From positions 217,910 to 281,909 of the forward strand of contig JACQSC010000004.1 in assembly GCA_016206155.1 (NCBI GenBank): a stretch of DNA of 64,000 bases, in the 5' to 3' direction. Source of the stretch: Candidatus Uhrbacteria bacterium. Its GTDB lineage: Bacteria > Patescibacteriota > Patescibacteriia > JACQRZ01. Of this stretch, positions 55,250 to 63,599 are shown in pieces. A program made the translations under genes and the position numbers. The first letter of the stretch is position 1, and each line of letters begins with the position of its first letter. The notes under the pieces were generated by a model. That model had not been told where the DNA came from. It saw only the letters and a list, made by a program, of their open reading frames with translations, and ran no database searches.

Positions 55250-57039
55250 AGTCAGCAGAAGATAGTATCTGCCAGAACTGTAAACAATCCTTCATTATAG
55301 AACCGGAGGATTTTGCGTTTTATGAAAAGATGAACGTCCCGCCGCCGACGTGGTGCCCCGAGTGCAGGCTCATTCGGCGACTGGCGTTTGATAATCTGCG
55401 AACCATCTATAGCGGCGGGAGGTGCGTAAAATGCGAAAAGGGGATTATTACATCTTTGCCGCCAAACACTGAGCGGACCGTCTATTGCAACACTTGCTGG
55501 TGGGGTGATTCGTGGGATGGTTTTGAGTATGGTCGGGATGTTGATTTTGATAAACCATTTCTCCAGCAAGTGAAAGAGCTCATGGCTGTTGTTCCGCAGA
55601 TGGCGCGCGCAAACGACGAGCCGACACTGGTAAACTCTGACTACACCATGAACGTTGGACATCTCAAAAATTGCTATCTCGTATTTCATGCTGATTTTGA
55701 TGAGGATTGCGCTTATTGCGACACCATAGATGGTGTGAAGGATTCTCTTGATTGCAGCCGATTGAGCGGATGCGAATTATGCTATGAGTGTGTCAATCTG
55801 AAAACCTGCTACAAGGCGGTTACTTGCGTGGATTGTGAGAACTCAAATGACATTATGTTCTGCCGTGATTGCATCGGGTGTACGAATTGCTTTGGTTGTG
55901 TTGGGTTGCGCAATAAAGAGTATTGTTATTTCAATGAACAGCTTACCCGCGAAGAGTACGAGAAGCGGATGGCGGAATTTCGTCACGGATCATATACGGC
56001 AATGGAAGAGATGAGAGGACGAGCCCGGGAATTTTGGGAAACCATGCCGCGCCGGTATATGCACGGGAAAAACAATGAAGACGTTTCTGGCGACTATATT
56101 GATCGCTCAAAAAATACACACCATTCATTTCAAGTTTCGCAATGCGAGGACAGCAAGTTCATTGCCATTGTCGGTATCCAACCGACAAAGGATTCCTATG
56201 ATTACTATTCTTGGGGAAGCGGCGTTTCGCGTATCTATGAATGCGCCGCGGTTGGCGAAAATGCCGACAGGGTGAAATTTACATTTATGTCATGGCCGTC
56301 GTGCAGTGAGGTTGAGTATTCGATGTATGCAGTGAGCTCATCAAACTGTTTTGGGTGTGTTGGGATACGGAACAAGAACTATTGCATTCTCAACAAGCAA
56401 TATACGAAAGAAGAATATGAGATGCTGGTGCAAAAAATAAAACACCACATGAACGATATGCCCTATATTGATGCGGTTGGCCGCGAATATCGGTATGGAG
56501 AATTTTTTCCGACAGAACTGTCGGCATTTGCCTATAACGAGAGCCGGGTACAAGAATATTTTCCGCTCACAAAAGAAGAAGCGCTTGAAAAGGGGTATGC
56601 GTGGCGCGATAGAGTAGGGGGAACTGTTTTACCAACCATTCATTGCACTGGTTTGCCTGATGACATTCACGATGTTCCCGATACGATAACCAAGGAGATC
56701 ATTGAATGTACGCATATCGAGCAGTGCAACCATGAATGCAAGCTGGTATTCAAGGTCATAGCGCAAGAGCTCGCGTTTTACAAAAAAATGAACATCCCTC
56801 TCCCGCGCCTTTGTTTTAATTGCCGCTACGCAGAACGTATCAAGCTTCGCAACCCCATGAAACTCTGGTTGGGCCAGTGCCAATGCGGGGGAGAAAAGTC
56901 GCAGAGCGGTGTCTATAAAAATACTGCACAACACACTCACGGCGCGTCACCATGCGCTGTGACATTTCAGACATCATATGCCCCGGACAGGCCGGACATT
57001 GTCTACTGCGCCGAGTGCTATCAGCAGGAGGTTCTTTGA
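55246..57039 (+). CDS. Cys-rich zinc-ribbon family copy 3, full length (597 aa), function unknown
   Basis: N-terminal CQNC/CPEC/CVKC/CNTCWW ribbons, two Cys-rich repeat blocks each ending CFGCVG(L/I)RNKxYCxxNxQ, YGEFFP, C-terminal CFNC and YCAECYQQEV. Confidence 0.85.
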   Translation: MKSAEDSICQNCKQSFIIEPEDFAFYEKMNVPPPTWCPECRLIRRLAFDNLRTIYSGGRCVKCEKGIITSLPPNTERTVYCNTCWWGDSWDGFEYGRDVDFDKPFLQQVKELMAVVPQMARANDEPTLVNSDYTMNVGHLKNCYLVFHADFDEDCAYCDTIDGVKDSLDCSRLSGCELCYECVNLKTCYKAVTCVDCENSNDIMFCRDCIGCTNCFGCVGLRNKEYCYFNEQLTREEYEKRMAEFRHGSYTAMEEMRGRAREFWETMPRRYMHGKNNEDVSGDYIDRSKNTHHSFQVSQCEDSKFIAIVGIQPTKDSYDYYSWGSGVSRIYECAAVGENADRVKFTFMSWPSCSEVEYSMYAVSSSNCFGCVGIRNKNYCILNKQYTKEEYEMLVQKIKHHMNDMPYIDAVGREYRYGEFFPTELSAFAYNESRVQEYFPLTKEEALEKGYAWRDRVGGTVLPTIHCTGLPDDIHDVPDTITKEIIECTHIEQCNHECKLVFKVIAQELAFYKKMNIPLPRLCFNCRYAERIKLRNPMKLWLGQCQCGGEKSQSGVYKNTAQHTHGASPCAVTFQTSYAPDRPDIVYCAECYQQEVL

Positions 57040-57054
57040 CTCTATTTTGATATT

Positions 57055-57083
57055 TTGACATGAAGGCTCATTCATGATAGCGT
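57055..57083 (+). promoter_or_regulatory. Promoter of TA module 3
   Basis: ttgaca 57055-57060, 17 nt, TG-extended tagcgt 57078-57083; ATG at 57093. Confidence 0.6.
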
Positions 57084-57092
57084 TTAGGTAGT

Positions 57093-57362
57093 ATGAGGCT
57101 ATCAATAAACAAATATATTGTCTCTGATTCCGACATTTGTCATGGAAAACCAACGTTTAAAGGAACGCGGGTTATGGTGTGGCAGATTCTTTCCATGCTC
57201 TCCCACGGCGAATCAACACAGAATATTCTTGAGGAGCATCCATCCTTGACAACACGACATATTCAGGCAGCGCTTGATTATGCTTCATCCCTTACCCAAG
57301 AACATTATGTCATCGTCAACACGCAAGCCCCGGCTTTTGCTGGACGAGAACGTACGGTTTGA
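57093..57362 (+). CDS. DUF433-family antitoxin
   Basis: DSDICHGKPTFKGTRVMV...ILEEHPSLT...IQAALDYA. Confidence 0.9.
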   Translation: MRLSINKYIVSDSDICHGKPTFKGTRVMVWQILSMLSHGESTQNILEEHPSLTTRHIQAALDYASSLTQEHYVIVNTQAPAFAGRERTV

Positions 57363-57660
57363 CCTCTATCGGTATGTGCAGAACGAGGGATATGATGTTG
57401 TCCGGTCCGCAATTTCGACAAGCGATCACCTTCTCGCCAAAAGAACAATAAAGGAGCGCAGAATTCTTGTTACGAACGATCAAGACTTTTTATGGTATCC
57501 GCGCCATACTATTTTTTCTGTTATTATTTTGCGGATACCACAATATGACGGAAGCGCTCTTCTTTCTTCATTCTCGAAACTCATGGCGGAGGAAAAGAAA
57601 TTTCAGGGTTTTGCCTTTATTCTTTATCCCGGTTCGTGGGATAAGGAGAAGTTAGCGTAA
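57307..57660 (+). CDS. DUF5615/Mut7-C-like PIN toxin
   Basis: RLLLDENV, GYDV, SD, ERRILVTNDQDF; paired with DUF433. Confidence 0.85.
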   Translation: MSSSTRKPRLLLDENVRFDLYRYVQNEGYDVVRSAISTSDHLLAKRTIKERRILVTNDQDFLWYPRHTIFSVIILRIPQYDGSALLSSFSKLMAEEKKFQGFAFILYPGSWDKEKLA

Positions 57661-57678
57661 TACGATTGAGCGTGTTAT

Positions 57679-59475
57679 ATGTCACCAGAGACTCTGACCT
57701 GCCAAAACTGCAAATCCCCCTTCACTATCGAGCCGGAGGACTTTGCATTTTATAAAAAAATAAAAGTCCCAGCCCCGACGTTTTGTCCGGTTTGCCGTCT
57801 GCAGAGGAGGCATACATGGCGCAATATGCGTTCACTCTATCGGCGGCCGTGTGATCTGTGTAAACAAGACAAGATTGGTATGTATGCACCGGACAAGCCG
57901 CACATAGCATTCTGTCCGCGCTGTTGGTGGTCTGATGGATGGGACGGCTTTGACTATGGTTGCGCGTTTGATTTTTCGCGAAGTTTTTTTGTGCAGTTTG
58001 CCGAGCTCTTAAGGCGCGTGCCCCTTATCGCTCGCTCCGTGTATGAAGATACGCTCGTCAACTCGGAGTATACAAACATGGCGCATTCACTGAAGGACTG
58101 CTATCTTGTGTTTTTGAGTGTGACGTGCGAGCGAAGCGCGTATTGCCAATCAATTGATGGCGGGAAGGACTGCCTCGATGTTTCGTGGTCCAACGATGTC
58201 CAGCTTTGCTATGAAGGAATCAATCTCCATAATTGTTATAAGGTGTTTTACTCAAAAGATTGCCTGTCCTGCTCGCATTCCTATTTTCTGAATGATTGCG
58301 TTAACTGCAGCAACTGTTTTGGGTGCGCGGGATTGCGCAACAAACAGTATCATATTTTTAACGAACCGTATTCACCGGAACAGTACGCAGATAAATTAAA
58401 GGAGATTGGGTTTCAATCAGAGAAATACAGTTCGGTTAAAGAATTCAAGCAGAGAGCCAAAGATTTGTGGTCGTGCTATCCGGTAAAGTATGTTCATGGG
58501 TCGAACAATCAAGATGCTTCGGGCGACTACATCTATAACGCAAAAAATACCAAACATTCTTTTTTCGTAAACGCTATCGAGGACTCAAAATTCTGCTCCC
58601 TGTTGATGTTTGGCAAACCGGTACGAGAATCCTACGACTGGACACAGTACGGTGATAATGGAGAACTGATGTACGAGGTGGCGCAGTCCGGCGGCGGAGT
58701 CTACAATAATCATTTTGGCTGGATGATCTTGCGCGGATGCCGCGATGTTGAGTACTGCGCCCTCATGAATAATTGTTCGGATTGTTTTGGATGTGTGGGG
58801 CTGAAGAATAAAAAGTTTTGCATTTTTAACACACAATACACAGAGGATGAGTATCGAATAATGCGCAAACGCATCATTGTGCAGATGGCAGAGATGCCCT
58901 ACATTGATGCGAAGGGGAGGATGTATCGGTATGGTGAATTCTTTCCACCAGAGTTGTCGCCTTTTGCATACAACGAGTCCGCTGCGCAAGAGGAATTTCC
59001 GCTCACTGAAAAAGAAGCAGGAGACCGAGGATTTTTGTGGAGAGACGAGAAACAAGACGTATCATATACGATAACAAAACAGGCGCGTGATCTCCCTGAC
59101 GCGTCGCACGAAAATGGTGATTTTACAAAAGATATTATTGGATGCGAGTCGTGCGGCAAAGGGTACCGCTTTGTAAAGATGGAGCTTGCTTTTTATCGCG
59201 ATCATCACATTCCCTTGCCGCGAACATGTTCGAACTGCCGGTATCAAGAACGATTAGAGTGGCGCGGCCGTACGCTCCTGACAGAGCGCCAGTGCCAGTG
59301 CGGGGGAGCAAAGTCGCAGAACGGCATGTACAAAAATACGGCGCAACATGCACATGGAGGCGCGCCTTGTCCAATGACATTTCAAACTGCATACGCCAAG
59401 CCTGAAGGCAGGGCAAGCACCCTGCGACCCGAGATTGTCTACTGCGCCGAGTGCTATCAGGGTGAGGTCATTTGA
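57679..59475 (+). CDS. Cys-rich zinc-ribbon family copy 4, full length (598 aa), function unknown
   Basis: Same architecture as copy 3 (CQNC, CPVC, CDLC, CPRCWW, two CFGCxGLxNK blocks, YGEFFP, YCAECYQ). Confidence 0.85.
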   Translation: MSPETLTCQNCKSPFTIEPEDFAFYKKIKVPAPTFCPVCRLQRRHTWRNMRSLYRRPCDLCKQDKIGMYAPDKPHIAFCPRCWWSDGWDGFDYGCAFDFSRSFFVQFAELLRRVPLIARSVYEDTLVNSEYTNMAHSLKDCYLVFLSVTCERSAYCQSIDGGKDCLDVSWSNDVQLCYEGINLHNCYKVFYSKDCLSCSHSYFLNDCVNCSNCFGCAGLRNKQYHIFNEPYSPEQYADKLKEIGFQSEKYSSVKEFKQRAKDLWSCYPVKYVHGSNNQDASGDYIYNAKNTKHSFFVNAIEDSKFCSLLMFGKPVRESYDWTQYGDNGELMYEVAQSGGGVYNNHFGWMILRGCRDVEYCALMNNCSDCFGCVGLKNKKFCIFNTQYTEDEYRIMRKRIIVQMAEMPYIDAKGRMYRYGEFFPPELSPFAYNESAAQEEFPLTEKEAGDRGFLWRDEKQDVSYTITKQARDLPDASHENGDFTKDIIGCESCGKGYRFVKMELAFYRDHHIPLPRTCSNCRYQERLEWRGRTLLTERQCQCGGAKSQNGMYKNTAQHAHGGAPCPMTFQTAYAKPEGRASTLRPEIVYCAECYQGEVI

Positions 59476-59499
59476 CAAGGGGTATTTGTGTGCTACGGT
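59472..59499 (+). promoter_or_regulatory. Promoter of module 4, -35 overlapping the stop codon of copy 4
   Basis: ttgaca 59472-59477 includes the TGA; TG-extended tacggt 59494-59499. Confidence 0.5.
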
Positions 59500-59521
59500 A
59501 AAAGTATAAAAAAGTATCTCT

Positions 59522-59797
59522 ATGTCAAACGATTTGATAAAAAATGCGGACATTCAGCACATTGCTGATCAGGGAGCGAAAATCTACGGAGGAATTAAAG
59601 ATCAATACGACCCCAAAGAAAGAGGAAAGTTTCTCGCTATTGATATAGAAAGCAGAGACGTGTATCTCGGTGAGACAAGCGCCGAAGCTCTTGAACGGGC
59701 GCTCGAACAGCACCCACACAAGATTTTTTATGTTGTCAAAATCGGGTATGATGTTGCCGAGACAGTTGCGCATTCATTTTCGAAGACACGACAATGA
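59522..59797 (+). CDS. DUF5678-like small protein (putative antitoxin slot)
   Basis: GKFLAIDIES..YLGETSAEALERA...P...FYVVKIG; ATGA overlap with the protease gene. Confidence 0.6.
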   Translation: MSNDLIKNADIQHIADQGAKIYGGIKDQYDPKERGKFLAIDIESRDVYLGETSAEALERALEQHPHKIFYVVKIGYDVAETVAHSFSKTRQ

Positions 59798-60162
59798 TTA
59801 CGGGATCTTTTGTTGACAATACGCCGTTTGTTCGTATTGCGATAGGATGGGGGCGTTCAGTGCAGACGCCCCTTGTTGTTTTAGATACTGGTTTAACTGG
59901 TGACCTTCAGGTTACCCCAAAGATAGCGCGCGAGCTTGACCTTGAGGTTATTGGCGCCACAGAAGCACGGATTGCAAGCGGTGATGTTGTTCGTGTTCCT
60001 GTTGCTATCGCACTTGCCGCCATGGAGGGCATGACGCAAACGATTCAGGTCATCATCTCCGAAAGCATTCCATTGGTTGGGATTGGCTTTCTTTCAAAAT
60101 TTGAATACAAAGCGATTCTTGACTGTAAGGATAAAACAGTTGTTTTGGAACGAAAAAAATAG
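59794..60162 (+). CDS. Clan AA (retropepsin-like) aspartic protease
   Basis: VLDTGLTGDL catalytic DTG, IASG flap, PLVGIGFL. Confidence 0.85.
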   Translation: MITGSFVDNTPFVRIAIGWGRSVQTPLVVLDTGLTGDLQVTPKIARELDLEVIGATEARIASGDVVRVPVAIALAAMEGMTQTIQVIISESIPLVGIGFLSKFEYKAILDCKDKTVVLERKK

Positions 60163-60163
60163 T

Positions 60164-60523
60164 ATGCCGTCCGAGATTCGCACGTGCCAAAACTGCAAAC
60201 AGTCCTTCGTTGTCTAGCCGGAGGATTTTGCATTTTATGAAAAAATGAACGTTCCTCCGCCGACGTGGTGTTCCGAGTGTCGTCACAAGTCTCGATTTGC
60301 CATGTGCACGCCATACAAGCTTTGGTCTCGGCAGTGCATGTGTGATCGTGCGGAGCACGATCACCGCGCCATAGTCGCGCCAGAGCTTGGGCGGCGGCCG
60401 ACGGAGGCGGGTCAATGTTCCACCACTTTTCAGACCGCATACGCCCCGCCTGAAGGCCGGGCAAGCACCCTCCGACCCGAAATCATTTACTGCGAGGAGT
60501 GCTATCAGAAGGAGATTGTTTAG
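60164..60523 (+). pseudogene. Cys-rich zinc-ribbon family copy 5, internal deletion plus premature TAG
   Basis: MPSEIRTCQNCKQSFVV*PEDFAFYEKMNVPPPTWCSECR fused to KLWSRQCMC...YCEECYQKEIV; TAG at 60215-60217 where the paralogs have Glu. Confidence 0.8.
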
Positions 60524-60528
60524 CGGCA

Positions 60529-60566
60529 TTGACAGGTGTATTACATAGTACTATAATTGTAATACA
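60529..60566 (+). promoter_or_regulatory. Consensus promoter of TA module 5 with palindromic operator
   Basis: ttgaca-17-tataat (60529-60557); 9-bp IR tgtattaca (60537-60545)/tgtaataca (60558-60566). Confidence 0.8.
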
Positions 60567-60584
60567 TACTATTTACTCTCGTGT

Positions 60585-60854
60585 ATGCGTAAAGTTATAG
60601 CAATTTCTCTGCCGGAAGCGACCGCTCGCCAGGTAGACCGTATCGTCGTGAAGGAGGGATATACAAGCACAAGCGAATTATTTCGCGATCTTCTGCGTGG
60701 ACGGGGAGCGTATACGGATACACGGGGACGCGAAAAAATGTGCGTTATGCCATTTCGCGCAGATGCGTTCATTCGAGCAGTGAAGCGACATGCGCAGAAA
60801 GGAGCGCCAAAAACACTTTCTCACAACCACGATCGTTATCTCTATGGAAAATGA
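60585..60854 (+). CDS. Ribbon-helix-helix antitoxin
   Basis: VIAISLPEATARQVDRIVVKEGYTSTSELFRDLLR; C-terminal SHNHDRYLYG. Confidence 0.85.
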   Translation: MRKVIAISLPEATARQVDRIVVKEGYTSTSELFRDLLRGRGAYTDTRGREKMCVMPFRADAFIRAVKRHAQKGAPKTLSHNHDRYLYGK

Positions 60855-61257
60855 ATTCCTTGCCGACGCTGATTTTTTGATTGCATTGTATAGTAAAAAT
60901 GACACGAATCATGCGAAGGCGCTGAAGTTGCTCGAACGCGTTGCTGATTTTTTTCGCCCGCGAATTGTTATATCCATGCTTGTCTACGGCGAGGTTGTGA
61001 CAATTCTTTCACAACGTGTTGCGCAAAAAACCGCGCACCATTTCATGGATGACAGTGAGCAACAGGGAATCACGGTGATGGCTATTACTCAAGAGATATT
61101 TCGCTTTGCGCAGGATATTTTTCGCAGGCAGCGATCAAAAAATGTCAGCTTTGTTGATGCGACGAATATCGCACTCATGCAGAATAAATCCTTCATGGGT
61201 CTCTTGAGCTTTGATCGCGATTATCTTAAAAATGGCATTCGCCTTTTCAATCCTTGA
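60844..61257 (+). CDS. VapC/PIN-domain toxin
   Basis: LADADFLIAL...DTNH, GEVVT, SFVDA, SFDRDY. Confidence 0.9.
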   Translation: MENEFLADADFLIALYSKNDTNHAKALKLLERVADFFRPRIVISMLVYGEVVTILSQRVAQKTAHHFMDDSEQQGITVMAITQEIFRFAQDIFRRQRSKNVSFVDATNIALMQNKSFMGLLSFDRDYLKNGIRLFNP

Positions 61258-61296
61258 TTTTTTTCTTTTGTTCGATATACTGCATCCATCATTTAC

Positions 61297-61369
61297 GCGC
61301 CCATAGCTCAGTTGGTAGAGCTGCTCGCTCTTAACGAGAAGGTCGCAGGTTCGAGTCCTGCTGGGCGCA
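61297..61369 (+). tRNA. tRNA-Lys(CTT), CCA not encoded
   Basis: gcgccca/tgggcgc acceptor, tagctcagttggtagagc D arm, ctcg-ctCTTaa-cgag, gcaggttcgagtcctgc. Confidence 0.92.
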
Positions 61370-61384
61370 AAAGTAAACATTCAG

Positions 61385-61414
61385 CAAAAACGGCCTCTTG
61401 CCGTTTTTGTTTTT
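61385..61414 (+). terminator. Intrinsic terminator after tRNA-Lys
   Basis: caaaaacggc-ctctt-gccgtttttg followed by a T run. Confidence 0.75.
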
Positions 61415-61441
61415 CACTGTGAGTGATACAATGAGAGGACT

Positions 61442-63181
61442 ATGGCTGTCTTGCACAATCAACGAATAGCGCGATTGCTCAACGAAATGTCAGAATATCT
61501 TGAGGTGCAGGATGTGCCGTTCAAGCCCTCTGCCTATGCTCGTGCAGCGGGTATCATTGCGGGAATGACCGACGAGGTGACTGACATCTATGACCAGAAT
61601 GGCAAAAAGGGATTGGATGGTATTCCTGGTGTCGGGAAGGGAATTGCGGAAAAGATCGAGGAATACATCACGACCGGATCGATAAAAGAGCTCGAGCAAA
61701 TGAAGAAAAAGTTTCCGGTCAATGTGAGCGAGCTATCGGCTGTTCAGGGAGTGGGACCGAAGAAAATTGCGGCGCTGTATAAAAAATTGAATATAAAAAA
61801 TTGTGCTGACCTTGAGCGCGCAGTGCGAGCGCACAAGGTTGCTGGGCTTGCACATTTTGGAAAAAAATCAGAGGAGCAAATCCTCAAAGGAATCGAGTTT
61901 TTGAAAAAAGGACGCGGGCGCATGCTCCTCGGGACGGTGGTGCCTCTTGCGCAAGATATTGAAGCGCGGCTGAGAAGTGTTCCGGGTGTTGCGCGCGTGA
62001 CAGTCGCCGGCTCCATCCGCAGGAGACAGGAAACGATTGGGGACATTGATATCGTTGCAACAACCGCACACCCAAAACGCGTCATGGATGCGTTTATTGC
62101 ATTGCCCGAAGTTGAGCATGTGTATAGCAGTGGTCCGACAAAAACAATGGTGCGTTTGTCAATTGGCATTGATGCGGATTTGCGTGTTGTGAAAAAAGAC
62201 TGTTATGGCGCGGCGCTACAATATTTCACCGGCGACAAACAGCATAATATTGAGGTGCGAAAAATCGCGATCAAAAAGGGCTATAAACTTTCAGAATACG
62301 GGTTGTTCAAGGAAAAAAAACTCATAGCCGCGAAAACAGAAGAAGAAATTTATAAAAAACTAGGGTTAGCGTATATACCGCCGGAACTTCGCACCGCGTC
62401 AGGGGAGATCGAGGCTGCCCGCAGAAACGGATTGCCCGATTTGATTCCCTATGGAAGTATTCGCGGCGATCTTCAGGTGCAAACTAACTGGACCGACGGC
62501 AACGCGTCGATTGAAGAAATGGCAAAGGCGGCAATGAACGCTGGGCTTGAGTATATCGCGATCACCGACCACACGCAGTCACTCGCCATGACGGGCGGGC
62601 TCGACGAGAAGAAGCTTGCGCGGCAAGGCAAGGAAATTGATGCACTCAATAAAAAATTCAAACAGAAAAAGTTTCACATTCTCAAAAGCGCCGAGGTGAA
62701 TATCATGAAAGACGGATCTCTTGATATCTTTGACGCGGCTCTCAAAAAACTTGATCTCGTCTGTGTGGCGGTGCACTCGCATTTTGCATTATCAGAAAAA
62801 GAGCAGACCGAGCGCATTATTCGCGCGCTCAAGCACCCCCTCGTGAATATTCTTTTCCATCCCACCGGTCGGCGCATCGGTCGTCGCGAGGCGTATGCGC
62901 TTGACATGGAGAGTACTCTTCGCGCAGCAAAAGAATACGGTGTTGCCATGGAGGCCAATGCCTCTACTGACCGGCTTGATCTGAAGGATGCGCACATTCG
63001 TCGCGCGATTGAATTGGGCGTGAACATTGTTGTCAACTCCGATGCGCACGCGCCAGGACACTTTGCCAACCTCGATCTCGCGATTGCCCAAGTCCGCCGT
63101 GGCTGGGGAAAAAAGAGCGACGTCCTCAACACTCTTTCGGTGGACAAGTGTCTAGCGTTTTTGAAACGGCTCAAGAAGTAA
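61442..63181 (+). CDS. polX: DNA polymerase/3'-5' exonuclease PolX (PolX plus PHP)
   Basis: AGSIRR...GDIDI, YFTGDKQHN, PPELR, PHP motifs ITDH, HPTGR, NSDAH. Confidence 0.95.
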   Translation: MAVLHNQRIARLLNEMSEYLEVQDVPFKPSAYARAAGIIAGMTDEVTDIYDQNGKKGLDGIPGVGKGIAEKIEEYITTGSIKELEQMKKKFPVNVSELSAVQGVGPKKIAALYKKLNIKNCADLERAVRAHKVAGLAHFGKKSEEQILKGIEFLKKGRGRMLLGTVVPLAQDIEARLRSVPGVARVTVAGSIRRRQETIGDIDIVATTAHPKRVMDAFIALPEVEHVYSSGPTKTMVRLSIGIDADLRVVKKDCYGAALQYFTGDKQHNIEVRKIAIKKGYKLSEYGLFKEKKLIAAKTEEEIYKKLGLAYIPPELRTASGEIEAARRNGLPDLIPYGSIRGDLQVQTNWTDGNASIEEMAKAAMNAGLEYIAITDHTQSLAMTGGLDEKKLARQGKEIDALNKKFKQKKFHILKSAEVNIMKDGSLDIFDAALKKLDLVCVAVHSHFALSEKEQTERIIRALKHPLVNILFHPTGRRIGRREAYALDMESTLRAAKEYGVAMEANASTDRLDLKDAHIRRAIELGVNIVVNSDAHAPGHFANLDLAIAQVRRGWGKKSDVLNTLSVDKCLAFLKRLKK

Positions 63182-63235
63182 ATAAAAAAGCGCTATACTG
63201 TATACATACATATTCCTTTGAATTACGATATAAAA

Positions 63236-63266
63236 TAAACCCCCCCTCGATGCTGAGGGGGGTTTA
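63236..63266. terminator. Hairpin terminator between convergent polX and HU
   Basis: taaaccccccctc-gatgct-gaggggggttta. Confidence 0.75.
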
Positions 63267-63290
63267 CCTTTTGAATTCAGGGAGCGTTGC

Positions 63291-63575
63291 TTATTTTACG
63301 GCGTCTTTGAGCCCTTTGCCAACGCGGAAGCGCGCAACAGTGCTTGCCGGAATCTGAACCTTTATCGAAGGATCCTTCGGGTTGATACCCATGCGTCCTT
63401 TTCGCTGCTTGGTCAGGAAGGTGCCAAAGCCGGTAAAGGTAAGCTCATCGCCCCTTTTCAAGAGAGCGGTGATGTACTCAAGCATTGTCTCAACCGCATC
63501 TTCCGCCTGACGCTTTGAGAGCGCGAGCTTCTCCGCCAAGTGTTCGACGAGGTCGCTTTTCTTGTATTTCGCCAT
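63291..63575 (-). CDS. hup: Histone-like DNA-binding protein HU
   Basis: KSDLVEHLA, GFGTF, RKGRMGINPK, FRVGKGLKDAV. Confidence 0.95.
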   Translation of the reverse strand: MAKYKKSDLVEHLAEKLALSKRQAEDAVETMLEYITALLKRGDELTFTGFGTFLTKQRKGRMGINPKDPSIKVQIPASTVARFRVGKGLKDAVK

Positions 63576-63599
63576 ACTTTTGTATTTAAGAATTAATGG

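Noticed and set aside
60215-60217. In-frame TAG as possible stop-codon recoding or pyrrolysine
   Set aside because: TAG terminates ordinary genes elsewhere in the window, and this copy is also internally deleted. A nonsense mutation from GAG is simpler.
53123-61257. Classical integron or diversity-generating retroelement explaining the array
   Set aside because: No tyrosine recombinase, attC-like palindromes or reverse transcriptase were seen, and differences between repeats are not adenine-specific.
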